DNA of 64,000 nt from Bacilli bacterium (GCA_024408235.1 JAKSVF010000001.1:29417-93416); one strand, 5' to 3'; positions 8,589 to 18,978 are shown, numbered from the stretch's first letter. Program-made: numbers and translations. Notes: generated by a model not told the origin, from the sequence alone.

Positions 8589-10982
8589 ATGGTAGATAAC
8601 AAATATTTAGAAAAACTAAAAAATGCAGTCGTGATTGCTCCTCGTGAACTTCACGACTCTTTCTTGCGCATCAAGAACGTGCATCCGGATTATGATTTCA
8701 AAGTTATGGACATCGAGGCCTTTGTCTCTATGTTCACATATCAATATGATGATAGGGCAGTTCAAGATCTCTTAGAAAGAGAGTATCCATATAGACGTGC
8801 GCTTGAGATGTTGAAGCTTATGTCATCCAAGACTTGTGGCACTCTTTTGGACGAAGAAGAAAAGCAAATCTGTCATCAGTTGAAGACCGATTACTATTTA
8901 TACCCCGTCGCATACCCTGAAAGAACTTTCTTGAACAAGACAGTTGTGATTGCTGGATATCATTATGACGAATTCATTAAGACATATCTTAAAGATATAA
9001 AAATTGAAGAAGTCATTAGAATCGATGAGGAACCTATCAGCAATCCTAGCCGCGATTATTATTCCTTTTCTGATATCTATGAAGAGGTTCATTATCTTTT
9101 CAATGCGATTGCTGAGGACATAGAAAAAGGCACTGATATAAATAATATTTATATTCTCGGTGCCGATGAGAACTATGACATGCTTTTCGACGAATTCGGA
9201 AGACATTATGGCTTTGAAGTGGAAGGCCCAAATCCTTGTGATCTATCTCACTCCAAAACTTTCTGCCGCTATATAGTCATGAAGACCGAAGGAGTTGGAG
9301 AAGACATTTTTGACAAACTCGTTGAAGAAGGTTATCCGATTGAAGATATCGAAGCTCTCGAAAAAATAGTTCTAAGATATACAGGCGTAATGGGAAGCCC
9401 TGATTACGATTTGAAGACGATTGTCGACATCTGCAAGACAAAATCCTCCCATAAGGTCCATAAGGATAATGTAGTTAGACGATTAACGTCGTTTGTGGCT
9501 CCTGAGGGCGCGCACGTCTATATCGTTAACTTCTCCATGGGTGCATTCCCTAAAGTGTCTGAAGAAGGCTCTTATCTAACAGACGAGAAATGCGAAGTTC
9601 TTGGATTCTTAACAAGCAAAGATAAAAATGAGGAATCGAAGAAAGAACTTTATGATTTACTCGTTTCCAATAAAGTTAAATACATCTCATTCAAGAAGAC
9701 GGCGTTCGGTTCGGAATTCTTTGAGTCATCATTTGTAGGAAACCTCGAGATGAAGGAGATTAAATCCCCTGTCTCTAAATATGAGTATTCAGACGATAGA
9801 GGCGCTTGGTTCCTCTCAATGATGAAGGATCAGTATCGCAATTATTTGATTGTGGATAAGAGATTAAGAGAATGGGAAAAGGCGGTAGAAGTGCCTGATT
9901 ACTGCTCTTATGATTACTCTTTTAAAGGGTTTGACATCGACTCCAAGTATCTAAAGAGAGATTATTCGCCAACTAGCGTAAAGAAATATAATTCTTGCCC
10001 ATTCTCGTATTACGTCAACAAGGTCTTGGGCATCAATAGCTTCCGCAGTAACTTTACCGCTCGAGCGGGTGAGATATATCACACATTCCTCTCTGATTAT
10101 TACAACGATAGATTCTTTGATGAAAACCTCTCTTGGGAGAAGGCGGTTTCTATCACGGAAGGAGATGAGCAGTTCTCTAATAAAGAATTGTTATTCTTAG
10201 ACATTATTCATGAATACGCGATTAAGGCTCTAGAATTCCACAAAACTCATGAAGCTGAGATTAAGAATCCGACAATCTCCACTGAATCATCATTTAGACA
10301 GAGACTTGAAAAGAATAGAGACGTACAAATAAACGGCCGCTATGACAAGATCATGGAATTTGGTGAAGACCAGCAATATTACTGTGTCATTGACATCAAA
10401 ACAGGCGGGGAGAGATTCGACCAATCCAAATTATATTTCGGTTTGTCCATTCAATTGCCATTCTACGCCTACTTTGCAAAGCATGACGACAGGTTGAAAG
10501 ACAAGAAGCTTGCCGGTCTATTCATATCACCGGTATTAAGTGTGGACTATAAGAGCGATGGTAAGAAAACATATCAGGAAATCATCGACTCATCATTCAA
10601 ACTCGATGGCGTATTCCTTTCCGAAAAGGATGCATTGCTATCACTTGATCCATATTATGGTGGCTCAACATATATCAAAGGCTGCAAAACTAACAAAGAC
10701 GGTAATTTCTCTGAAAAATCAAAGGGAGAATTTGGTCGCGTTAAAAATGCTGATCAGTTAAACGCATTAGCGGATAGAGCTGAAGAAGTTGTTCTAGACG
10801 TCGATAAGAACGTTATGGAAGGCAACTTCGACATTTCTCCAATTCAGATTGGAAATGAGGCCTCTGCATGTGAGAATTGCGACCTTAGAGCAATTTGTTT
10901 TAGAAATATTAAAGACATAAGACGTTTGGCAAAACCAAAAGGTCTAGAAGATGAGGAGGAAGAAAATGGCGTGGACAGATAA
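8589..10982 (+). CDS. addB: ATP-dependent helicase/nuclease subunit B (AddB/RexB type, Fe-S PD-(D/E)xK nuclease)
   Basis: Position immediately upstream of addA. C-terminal Cys cluster (CENCDLRAICF) and a RecB-like nuclease region. The length of about 800 aa is typical of compact RexB. Confidence 0.7.
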   Translation: MVDNKYLEKLKNAVVIAPRELHDSFLRIKNVHPDYDFKVMDIEAFVSMFTYQYDDRAVQDLLEREYPYRRALEMLKLMSSKTCGTLLDEEEKQICHQLKTDYYLYPVAYPERTFLNKTVVIAGYHYDEFIKTYLKDIKIEEVIRIDEEPISNPSRDYYSFSDIYEEVHYLFNAIAEDIEKGTDINNIYILGADENYDMLFDEFGRHYGFEVEGPNPCDLSHSKTFCRYIVMKTEGVGEDIFDKLVEEGYPIEDIEALEKIVLRYTGVMGSPDYDLKTIVDICKTKSSHKVHKDNVVRRLTSFVAPEGAHVYIVNFSMGAFPKVSEEGSYLTDEKCEVLGFLTSKDKNEESKKELYDLLVSNKVKYISFKKTAFGSEFFESSFVGNLEMKEIKSPVSKYEYSDDRGAWFLSMMKDQYRNYLIVDKRLREWEKAVEVPDYCSYDYSFKGFDIDSKYLKRDYSPTSVKKYNSCPFSYYVNKVLGINSFRSNFTARAGEIYHTFLSDYYNDRFFDENLSWEKAVSITEGDEQFSNKELLFLDIIHEYAIKALEFHKTHEAEIKNPTISTESSFRQRLEKNRDVQINGRYDKIMEFGEDQQYYCVIDIKTGGERFDQSKLYFGLSIQLPFYAYFAKHDDRLKDKKLAGLFISPVLSVDYKSDGKKTYQEIIDSSFKLDGVFLSEKDALLSLDPYYGGSTYIKGCKTNKDGNFSEKSKGEFGRVKNADQLNALADRAEEVVLDVDKNVMEGNFDISPIQIGNEASACENCDLRAICFRNIKDIRRLAKPKGLEDEEEENGVDR

Positions 10983-13900
10983 TCAAAAACTAGCTATCGA
11001 TTCCCGTGAGGGCAACTTCCTCGTATCAGCTGGAGCGGGTTCCGGTAAGACTGCTGTTTTGACACAGAGAATTACGGATATCATCGCCAATAAACAGGCT
11101 GAGATTTCTGAGTTCTTAGTTTTAACCTTCTCAAACAAAGCCGCTCATGAAATGAAAACAAGAATCCGCAAATCATTGAAGAAAAACGGAATGATTGAGG
11201 CATCTGAACAAGTAGAACTGGCAGATATCACAACTTTTGACGCTTTTGCTCGAAAGGTTGTTATTAAATACGCAGATTTCCTTGGCGTTGATCCTAACTT
11301 CAATGTCATCGATGATACTTATCTAGAATCATTTAAGCGAGACCGCATTGAAGAACTTATTGAAATGTTTATTGCAAGCGATCCTAAGTTCAGAGAAATG
11401 ATGAAACATTTCTGCATAAAGGATGATAGACACGTAATCGAACTGATTTCCAAGATTCAGAAGTTTGCCGATAAGTTCTCCAATAGAGGGAAGGTCTATC
11501 AGATGCTCGCTAGAAATGTGGTAGACAAAGAATTTGTTGATGTGTGCATCGACGTTCTTTATGAGGACATCAATGCTCATGTGCATGAGGCAATTGATCT
11601 TACAGACCATTACCAGGATGAGAATCTCGCTGATATCGATAGAACGTTGATTGAATGCTTTGCCGATCTAGGCTCATATGATGCCTTCTTTGAAAAAGCC
11701 AAGCTTTCGAAGAGCAACAAAGAACTTCAATTCAAGAGGCTTTCCAAGACATTCACCACAGACGAGATGACGAAGAGCGTGCGCAAGAACACAAAGGATT
11801 TGCTCAATGGCTATATTGACCTTGTTCTTTCGTATGGTGACTCAACGAATCAAAGGGCGAGACTTGCAGAGACTCTTGAAGACATTGCTCCATTGATTAG
11901 ATTGTCTATAGAATTGGACACTATTCTTGAAGCGTATAAGATTGCTACATCATCATGGACGTTCTCTGATATTTTCTCTATGGCCTGTAGAGCCGTCGCT
12001 AACGAAAACATAAGACAAGAGATTCGTTCAAAATATAAATTCATCATGCTGGATGAATACCAAGACACAAACCAGCTTCAAGAAGATTTCATCGGTGCAA
12101 TTGCGAATAACAACACGTTTGCGGTGGGAGACATAAAGCAGTCCATCTATCGTTTCAGAAACGCAGAACCATCAATTTTCTCCGGTAAGTTCAATAGATA
12201 CGGAAGAAATGAAGGCGGAACTCTCATCAAACTTCAAGACAATTTCCGTTCTAGAAAAGAGGTTGTAGACGACATCAACAACATATTTGGAGCATGTATG
12301 TCAAACGAACTTGGTTCGGTAGATTATTCTGACGGACACTGTTTCAACTGGGGCAACAAAGCCCTATATAGCGCGACATGTAGTGATGAGCACAATCTCG
12401 ATTGGATTATCTATGAAGACACAAATAAAAATTCACGATTAACCGATCCGGAAAGAGAAGCGATGGTCATCGCTAATGACATCATTTCAAAAATCGAGAG
12501 CCATTACCAAGTGCTTGGTGGTGACGGGAAGATGAGGGATTGCACCCCATCAGATTTCGCGATTCTCATTTCTCGAAAGTCAAATTTCTCAGCATTCAAG
12601 CGAGTGTTTGCCGAAGCCAAGATTCCTTTAGCGGTTTCTGAGGATGCAGACCTTTCAAGCGACAACGTTTCCATGACTTTTGTCTCGCTGCTAAGACTCT
12701 TCAATTCTATCAACGGAACTGATAAGTATGACTCTGATATTGAGAAATTCTCATATGTTTCATTAATGAGAAGTTACCTATTCTCAAAGCCTGACAAGGA
12801 AATCTTCGAATCTATAAAATCCGGTGCATATAAAGTCTCGGAATTATTTGCAAAGGTCCTTGAAAACAGGGATCGTTTATACACGATGTCCGTTAAGGAT
12901 GCGACCATTGAAATTCTTCATATGTTCCCGTTTGTCGATAATCTTAAAAAGATTGGAGACGTTAAGGCGAATTATGAGAAGTTGAAATCAATAGTAAACG
13001 TTGCTGCAAGCATCGATTCGGTTGGAGCATCTTTCCCTGAGTTCGTTAAATACTTCGACGATCTTGAAGAATATGGCCTTCAGATGAAAGTGAAATCTTC
13101 TGGAGAAGCAGGCGGTGGAGTGCAGCTTATGTCCGTCCATGCCTCAAAAGGTCTTGAGTTCCCGATTATCTATTGTCCTGATTTGGCAAGAAAGGCCAAT
13201 AAAGATGACTCTAAGGGCATGTTCGCTTTAAGCGATCACTATGGACTTGCATTGCCAAAGGCCAAGTCTGATGAATACCCAAAGAACATGCTTCATTACC
13301 TCATCTCCGAGGAAGACGGAGCTGAAGCGAACAATGAATTCTTGAGACTTTTCTATGTCGACTTAACTCGTGCAAAAGAGAAGATTATCTTGGTATCCAA
13401 GAAACATAAAGATTTCATTTATGAAAGAATCAATAGCTGGCAGATCTTAAAGGTAACCACGAAAGTTAATGAAAAAGGGGAAACCGTTTATAATTCTTCG
13501 CTCCAAAATTGCGATTCTTTTGAGAAGTATCTAGCTTTAGCAGATCAACCTCTCAGAAAGATTGAAGTAGAAGTTAAACAGCCTCAAGAACTTAAAATTG
13601 GCGAGGTAGAAGTCAGAGATGTACCTGCCCCTGAATTCCGTTCAATAAAGGTTGAAGCGGTCGTTAAAGAACGCAAAAAAGCGTCAAAAACATCTGTTGA
13701 GCCTGTGGATGAAGGCGCACTTGCCTATGGCACCCGCCTTCACCGTCTATTAGAAGTGGTTGATTTCAAGACAAAAGACACATCATTCATCTTTAGCGAG
13801 AAGGAGAGAGCGACAATTGATAGAGTTCTTGCGCTTCCTGTATTTGACGATATTGCTAATGCTAAGGTATATCACGAATATGAGTTCTATGATGAAGATG

Positions 13901-14103
13901 AGAACATCCATGGATCAATTGACTTATTGCTAGTCTTTGATGATTATGCCTATATCATCGATTATAAGACGAAACATATCGATGACCCCGCTTACGAAAA
14001 ACAACTTTCCATATATCAGTCATTTGTAGAGAGAAAGTTCGGCTTACGCACACGCGCTGGATTACTTTCTATTATCGGAGCGGAGTTTAAAAGCGTATTA
14101 TAG
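10966..14103 (+). CDS. addA: ATP-dependent helicase/nuclease subunit A (AddA/RexA; UvrD-like helicase plus C-terminal nuclease)
   Basis: Walker A GAGSGKT, the helicase motif II DEYQDTN, and a C-terminal RecB-nuclease-like domain. AGGAGG is embedded before the ATG at 10966; the gene overlaps the addB end. Confidence 0.88.
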   Translation: MAWTDNQKLAIDSREGNFLVSAGAGSGKTAVLTQRITDIIANKQAEISEFLVLTFSNKAAHEMKTRIRKSLKKNGMIEASEQVELADITTFDAFARKVVIKYADFLGVDPNFNVIDDTYLESFKRDRIEELIEMFIASDPKFREMMKHFCIKDDRHVIELISKIQKFADKFSNRGKVYQMLARNVVDKEFVDVCIDVLYEDINAHVHEAIDLTDHYQDENLADIDRTLIECFADLGSYDAFFEKAKLSKSNKELQFKRLSKTFTTDEMTKSVRKNTKDLLNGYIDLVLSYGDSTNQRARLAETLEDIAPLIRLSIELDTILEAYKIATSSWTFSDIFSMACRAVANENIRQEIRSKYKFIMLDEYQDTNQLQEDFIGAIANNNTFAVGDIKQSIYRFRNAEPSIFSGKFNRYGRNEGGTLIKLQDNFRSRKEVVDDINNIFGACMSNELGSVDYSDGHCFNWGNKALYSATCSDEHNLDWIIYEDTNKNSRLTDPEREAMVIANDIISKIESHYQVLGGDGKMRDCTPSDFAILISRKSNFSAFKRVFAEAKIPLAVSEDADLSSDNVSMTFVSLLRLFNSINGTDKYDSDIEKFSYVSLMRSYLFSKPDKEIFESIKSGAYKVSELFAKVLENRDRLYTMSVKDATIEILHMFPFVDNLKKIGDVKANYEKLKSIVNVAASIDSVGASFPEFVKYFDDLEEYGLQMKVKSSGEAGGGVQLMSVHASKGLEFPIIYCPDLARKANKDDSKGMFALSDHYGLALPKAKSDEYPKNMLHYLISEEDGAEANNEFLRLFYVDLTRAKEKIILVSKKHKDFIYERINSWQILKVTTKVNEKGETVYNSSLQNCDSFEKYLALADQPLRKIEVEVKQPQELKIGEVEVRDVPAPEFRSIKVEAVVKERKKASKTSVEPVDEGALAYGTRLHRLLEVVDFKTKDTSFIFSEKERATIDRVLALPVFDDIANAKVYHEYEFYDEDENIHGSIDLLLVFDDYAYIIDYKTKHIDDPAYEKQLSIYQSFVERKFGLRTRAGLLSIIGAEFKSVL

Positions 14104-14110
14104 ATAAACG

Positions 14111-15274
14111 ATGGAACAGATTAGCGAACAAGAAAGACAATTATTCTTCAAGACTTTGGATTACCTCAAAGTCAACCCTCGTGTTGATAGGGAAATTTTC
14201 CTTTCGCTTTATTTGAATGCAAAAGAAGCTGCTGATTCTTTGAAAGAAGAGAATGAAATATTCTCAAGAATGCAGATCAACCCTATTGAAATCATTCTTT
14301 ATTTGGTAAACGAATACACTTTTTATCTCGCATCCCATAACAAGGTTTCGCAGCAAGATATCGCAAGCAACGAAGATCTTCAGGATTATATCGTCGCTAT
14401 TGCAGTTGATAAGTATTACACGAATGAACACATGGCATTTAAATCAACCGTTCTTTCGAATAAATACTTGCCTGAGATATCTACAGTCACCTTATATTTG
14501 AACTTCGTCCTAGGTATCTTGTCGAGATACAAAATGAACGATCCAACTCAAACGTTGCTCGTAGATATTCTTCATAAGGGATTCTCTCAAGCTAAGTGTG
14601 TCGTTGAACTCGTTAATAACGGATATGAAACAGAAGCATTCTCCGCGTGGAGAACACTTCATGAAATTGAATGCATATTCGCTTTATTGATAAAACACGG
14701 CGAACCAGTAATCAAAGCCTATCTTGACCATATGCAATACGCTAGAGCGTTTAGACATATGATTCCTGATAAGGAAGCGACTGATGCGGTCTTCGTTAGA
14801 ATCAAAGAGGGAATGAGATCTCATGACCTTAAGAGCAAGGATATGAAGCGCTTTATTGAATATGGATGGTTATTCGCCATTCCAGACATCGATAAGGTGG
14901 TGGATTTCAAACTCAATTTCAGAGATGGAGTTGAGCGTTGTGCCGGGTTGCGCGATAAGGCTGAGATATATGAGATGTCATCAGAGATCGCTCATTCTTC
15001 ACCATTGCTAATCTACTCTGATAATAGAAAGTCATACTATTACCTCATCACTATAATGAATCTCTATGAGTCATTCTTCAGATTAGAAAAGTACTTCGCT
15101 TCATTCTATCTATCAAAACTTCCTGAAGAGGAAAAGAAGAAATATTTCGAGATGAGAAACAAATACCTTGGCCAGCTTCAAGTATGCTATGACCTTGAGA
15201 GATTTAGATTTGCTTCAATAACAGGACAGATAAAACAGCCTGAGGGCAATTCGATTGAAGGACAAAAAGAATGA
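14111..15274 (+). CDS. Hypothetical alpha-helical protein (387 aa), probably co-transcribed with addBA
   Basis: ATG lies 8 nt after the addA stop with no intervening terminator. No motif recognisable by eye. Confidence 0.55.
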   Translation: MEQISEQERQLFFKTLDYLKVNPRVDREIFLSLYLNAKEAADSLKEENEIFSRMQINPIEIILYLVNEYTFYLASHNKVSQQDIASNEDLQDYIVAIAVDKYYTNEHMAFKSTVLSNKYLPEISTVTLYLNFVLGILSRYKMNDPTQTLLVDILHKGFSQAKCVVELVNNGYETEAFSAWRTLHEIECIFALLIKHGEPVIKAYLDHMQYARAFRHMIPDKEATDAVFVRIKEGMRSHDLKSKDMKRFIEYGWLFAIPDIDKVVDFKLNFRDGVERCAGLRDKAEIYEMSSEIAHSSPLLIYSDNRKSYYYLITIMNLYESFFRLEKYFASFYLSKLPEEEKKKYFEMRNKYLGQLQVCYDLERFRFASITGQIKQPEGNSIEGQKE

Positions 15275-15275
15275 A

Positions 15276-15300
15276 ACCGACCAGCGAATGGTCGGTTTTT
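15276..15300. terminator. Bidirectional intrinsic terminator between convergent genes
   Basis: ACCGACCA-GCGAA-TGGTCGGT perfect 8-bp stem followed by TTTTT. It sits between the + gene ending at 15274 and the - gene ending at 15302. Confidence 0.7.
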
Positions 15301-15301
15301 C

Positions 15302-16948
15302 TTAGTCAGCGTAGCAGCTTCCACCGATGAATTCTCTCATGAGTGAGTTTGAAGGGACCCATGAATCATCCATGTCTCTAAAGAATTTGAGCATGTGGAG
15401 AAGTCTTTCGGCTATAAGGAAATATGGTGAATCTTTCTCTATTTTTTGTAGTAGAGGTACCGCATATTTTTTCAGTACAGGTAGCTCGTACGCCAAATAT
15501 GAGTTATAAACGTAGTCGCATCCTTCTTGTGTTGGGTAAATCCATTTGAATTCCCCAGCGCGGACATTTGGCCACATCGACATCGTCTCCTCGGCAGGTG
15601 AATTTCTGAATTGAAAATCTCTAACCATGCGTCTTATTAAACGTAAGTCTGTGAGTGAAACTGGGTTGTGGTCATCGAGATTGACTTGGGCTTGTGGAGA
15701 GATAAAGATTTTGAATTTTTGGCTCTTAGGGATGTCTCTAGTCATTCTTTCGTTTAAGGCGTGGATACCTTCAATAACGATTGGCTCATCGTGGCCTACT
15801 CTTAGTTTCCTTCCTTCAACCCTGTGCCCGACCTTAAAATCAAATCTTGGTAATGTGACTTCTTCTCCATTGATAAGGTCGATCATATTTTGGTTGAAAA
15901 GTTCGATATCCAACGCCTCAATCGATTCTAAATCAGGTGTTCCGTCTGGGTTCTTTGGACATTCAGAAGATGGAAGATAATAGTCGTCCAATGAAATGCG
16001 TATAGGTTTTATACCTCTACAAAGTAGTTCCACTCTCAGTCTATTCGAGAAAGTCGTCTTTCCGGATGAAGAAGGGCCGGCTATACAGATGAGTCTAATA
16101 TTATTAATGTCATCCTCGATTAACTGGCCTAGTTCGGAAAGCATTCTGTTATGCCTTGCTTCACATATGTTAATGAATTCAAATGATTCGGTTCTTTCGA
16201 TTTCACTATTTATATTGGATACGGTGTCGACCCCGACAATCTTCGCCCAGTCGTGTGATTCTTTTAGAGTTCTGCCATAGGTTGGCGCGTCGTTGAAGTC
16301 AGGTATCTTTCCTCCACATTCCGGGCGAGGGTACTGGACTAAGAAACCTGGTGAGTAAAGTCTGATTTTGTATTGCTTTATATAACCCGTTGACGGAACC
16401 ATATGAGCATACATGTAATTCATGTATCCGTCACATTCGTAGAAATGAACGGTTTTCTCAGGTCTATATTGGAGGATTTCGAGTTTATCGTCGTATCCTC
16501 TTTCTCTGTATATTCTCGCTGCTTCCTGATTCGAAACGATTACTCTTTTAAGTGGTAAATCCGCTTCAACGATTCTATCGATCTCATGTTTAACTTTTAA
16601 AAGCATAGCCATGTTAGCTTGATATGGGGTGTCCTTAAGGAATATTCCGATTGTTCTAGAAACATTGAATGTGAACTTAACCTTAAGTCCCGGATAACAT
16701 CTAGCGAAGGCCATCGCAATTACGTATCTCAATGATGGCTCATACGCACTTTTAGCCTCATCATCTGCAAGAGTTAAGAATTGGATTTTTGCATCATAGA
16801 AAACCTCATATGTGAGTTCTCTTACACGGTTGTTGACCTTGGCGCAGATGAAGTGCTTGTCTTTGTTCTCTTCGGCGATCAGATCCTGAAGCATTACCTT
16901 TTTATTAAAGGTTTTTGTGATTCCATTGTAGTCTAAAGTAAATTCCAT
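15302..16948 (-). CDS. Uridine/nucleoside kinase family protein with an N-terminal ThrRS-like (TGS) domain
   Basis: P-loop IAGPSSSGKTTF of the uridine kinase/PRK family in the C-terminal half. The N-terminal roughly 250 aa resembles the threonyl-tRNA synthetase N-terminal domains. AAGGAG RBS on the minus strand. Confidence 0.65.
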   Translation of the reverse strand: MEFTLDYNGITKTFNKKVMLQDLIAEENKDKHFICAKVNNRVRELTYEVFYDAKIQFLTLADDEAKSAYEPSLRYVIAMAFARCYPGLKVKFTFNVSRTIGIFLKDTPYQANMAMLLKVKHEIDRIVEADLPLKRVIVSNQEAARIYRERGYDDKLEILQYRPEKTVHFYECDGYMNYMYAHMVPSTGYIKQYKIRLYSPGFLVQYPRPECGGKIPDFNDAPTYGRTLKESHDWAKIVGVDTVSNINSEIERTESFEFINICEARHNRMLSELGQLIEDDINNIRLICIAGPSSSGKTTFSNRLRVELLCRGIKPIRISLDDYYLPSSECPKNPDGTPDLESIEALDIELFNQNMIDLINGEEVTLPRFDFKVGHRVEGRKLRVGHDEPIVIEGIHALNERMTRDIPKSQKFKIFISPQAQVNLDDHNPVSLTDLRLIRRMVRDFQFRNSPAEETMSMWPNVRAGEFKWIYPTQEGCDYVYNSYLAYELPVLKKYAVPLLQKIEKDSPYFLIAERLLHMLKFFRDMDDSWVPSNSLMREFIGGSCYAD

Positions 16949-17077
16949 AATGGTGCTCCTTTCGTGTTTAAAGCGTTATATAATAACAAAACTGCAAAAC
17001 TCTGCAAGCGCTTTCATCATATTCTCCTTTTAATTTATTTATATAGTTGTCTTATACAATCTTTTGAGGTGGTGTTT

Positions 17078-17596
17078 ATGAGAAAGTTATTAGTAGTTGT
17101 AGATTATCAGGTCGATTTCGTTAACGGTTCATTAGGCTTTCCTGGAGCGGAGAATTTGGATGAAAATATATGTTCATTAATCAGAGAATTCGAATCCGAG
17201 AAACAAGATATTGTCTACACCTTAGATACGCATTCGAGTGAGTATTTGGTCACTGAAGAAGGCAAGCATCTGCCAATCGCTCACTGTGTGCCTGGAACCA
17301 GTGGTTATGAGATATATGGACATACTAAAGAACTGCTAAAAGATAAAACTTGCTTTGCAAAACCTACATTCCCATCACTTGAGCTTGGTAACTGGATCAA
17401 TGGCAAAAACTATGATGAAATTACTGTCGTTGGACTGGATCTTTCCATCTGTGTATTATCTAATGCGGTCATTGCTAAAGCTGCATGTCCAAATGCCCAC
17501 ATTATCGTTGACACATCCTGTTCATCGGGAGGCGATAAAGAGGCCAATGAAATCGCTATTAAAGCACTTAAAAGGATACAGGTTGAAATACGATAA
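17078..17596 (+). CDS. pncA: Nicotinamidase/pyrazinamidase (isochorismatase-fold cysteine hydrolase)
   Basis: VVVDYQVDF, HCVPGTSGYEIYG and VVGLDLSICV align with the PncA catalytic Asp, the metal-binding site and the Cys triad. GAGGTGG RBS before the ATG at 17078; the longer ORF from 16964 was rejected. Confidence 0.72.
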   Translation: MRKLLVVVDYQVDFVNGSLGFPGAENLDENICSLIREFESEKQDIVYTLDTHSSEYLVTEEGKHLPIAHCVPGTSGYEIYGHTKELLKDKTCFAKPTFPSLELGNWINGKNYDEITVVGLDLSICVLSNAVIAKAACPNAHIIVDTSCSSGGDKEANEIAIKALKRIQVEIR

Positions 17597-17622
17597 TCTA
17601 CTACCGATAGAGTTCTACTAAA

Positions 17623-17650
17623 TTGACTTATCTCGCGTACGCAGTAATAT
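17623..17650 (+). promoter_or_regulatory. Candidate sigma-70 promoter of the atp operon (TTGACT-16-TAATAT)
   Basis: Hexamers at 17623-17628 and 17645-17650, directly upstream of the atpI-like ORF. Confidence 0.4.
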
Positions 17651-18139
17651 ATGCATTGTACGATTATGATGCAGTGGTATAAGAAACTTACGTCAAATAA
17701 GAAATGCCTACTTCTGTTAGGCGTTTTTGATGCGTTTGTTTTCGTTTGCTTAATCCCATTCGCCTTTTTCTCAATGGATAGCGGATATTGGCTTGGAACC
17801 CTTATGCTCGGATGGCTTTTAGGTTCAGTTGCTCAGATCATCGCTTATGTCACAATCGTTTTTACTAGCAAGATGCTTACAACGCCTAATGGCACGACCA
17901 CAACCGGTACTCTTATGGGTGCTGGTGGTTTCTTCATTAGGTACTTTTTGTATGCGGCAGTTCTTACTTTATCGGCCATCTGTACGTTTAAACCGGAATG
18001 GCTTTTAGGCTTTGATAAATTTAATGTATTTACATGCGGCGCAGCGCTCGTTGTGCTCTCATTCTTTGTCATGATTTTTAAAGTCATTGAAATGAGGGGA
18101 GAAGCTGACCCGGTTAAGAAACAGGAGGAGTCGAACTAA
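17651..18139 (+). CDS. atpI: ATP synthase protein I-like (AtpI/AtpZ) small 4-TM membrane protein; start uncertain (17651 or 17666/17669)
   Basis: Four hydrophobic segments, and its position directly upstream of atpB with the stop overlapping the atpB start. Confidence 0.5.
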   Translation: MHCTIMMQWYKKLTSNKKCLLLLGVFDAFVFVCLIPFAFFSMDSGYWLGTLMLGWLLGSVAQIIAYVTIVFTSKMLTTPNGTTTTGTLMGAGGFFIRYFLYAAVLTLSAICTFKPEWLLGFDKFNVFTCGAALVVLSFFVMIFKVIEMRGEADPVKKQEESN

Positions 18140-18951
18140 TGTTGGCAGAAACAGTTGACTTTAACTATAGACTCGCCCATTTCTGGGATTGGGATTTAGA
18201 CGGATCTTTATTCTCGTCTTTATTCGTAATGCTTATTCTGATTGTTCTTGCGGTCATTATTTTCATCAAAGTGAAGATCGGTATGAAGAAGAAGTCGTAC
18301 TTAGAGAAGCCAAAAGGACTTTTGCACCTTGTTGAAATTTATTTCAATTACATTGATAACTTAACCAAAGACAATATGGGCGAACATAACGAAGGCTGGG
18401 GCGGATATCTCTTTGGCCTATTCGCATATTTGTTCCTTGCGTTTATGTGGGGAGCAACGGGATTCCCATCTGTCATCGATTGGTTAGCTGCTCCTTTATG
18501 TTTATCGGTCGTGATGTTTATCATCATTCAGGTGACTGCGCTCAAATATCAGAAGTTCTCGTACTTCCATAGATATATTGAACCTTTTGCGATCTTCCTT
18601 CCTATAAACCTTGTTACGATGTGGGCTCCAATCATCTCAACCACAATGCGTTTGTTCGGTAACTCAATTTCCGGCTTTGTTTTGATCGGTATCGTTCAAT
18701 GGGCGTTAGGCAATGCCGCAAACATGGTTTATGGCGTTTTATTCAGCCCATCAATAGAGTTAACAAGCTTCGTGCTCGCACCGGTGGTGTCGGGCGTGTT
18801 GCAGTTATATTTCACCTTATTCTCCGGCGCTATTCAGACATTGGTCTTCGGATCGCTGAATGCAGTCTGGATTTCGGCTGAAATACCTGAACCGGTATCT
18901 CCAGCTTTAAATGATCAGATGAGACCTGAGGTCGCAACTGATGTTGAATAA
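18139..18951 (+). CDS. atpB: F0 ATP synthase subunit a
   Basis: RLFGNSISG motif (conserved Arg of subunit a), polytopic membrane protein. Confidence 0.9.
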   Translation: MLAETVDFNYRLAHFWDWDLDGSLFSSLFVMLILIVLAVIIFIKVKIGMKKKSYLEKPKGLLHLVEIYFNYIDNLTKDNMGEHNEGWGGYLFGLFAYLFLAFMWGATGFPSVIDWLAAPLCLSVVMFIIIQVTALKYQKFSYFHRYIEPFAIFLPINLVTMWAPIISTTMRLFGNSISGFVLIGIVQWALGNAANMVYGVLFSPSIELTSFVLAPVVSGVLQLYFTLFSGAIQTLVFGSLNAVWISAEIPEPVSPALNDQMRPEVATDVE

Positions 18952-18978
18952 GAAAAACTAATCCCAGGAGGTAAAAAT

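Noticed and set aside
16949-17077. Inverted repeat AAAGCG...CGCTTT with about 33-nt spacing in the divergent control region
   Set aside because: The 6-bp arms are short and widely spaced in AT-rich DNA, so this is probably chance. The region is better explained as two divergent promoters (AAGGAG RBS for the minus gene, GAGGTGG for pncA).
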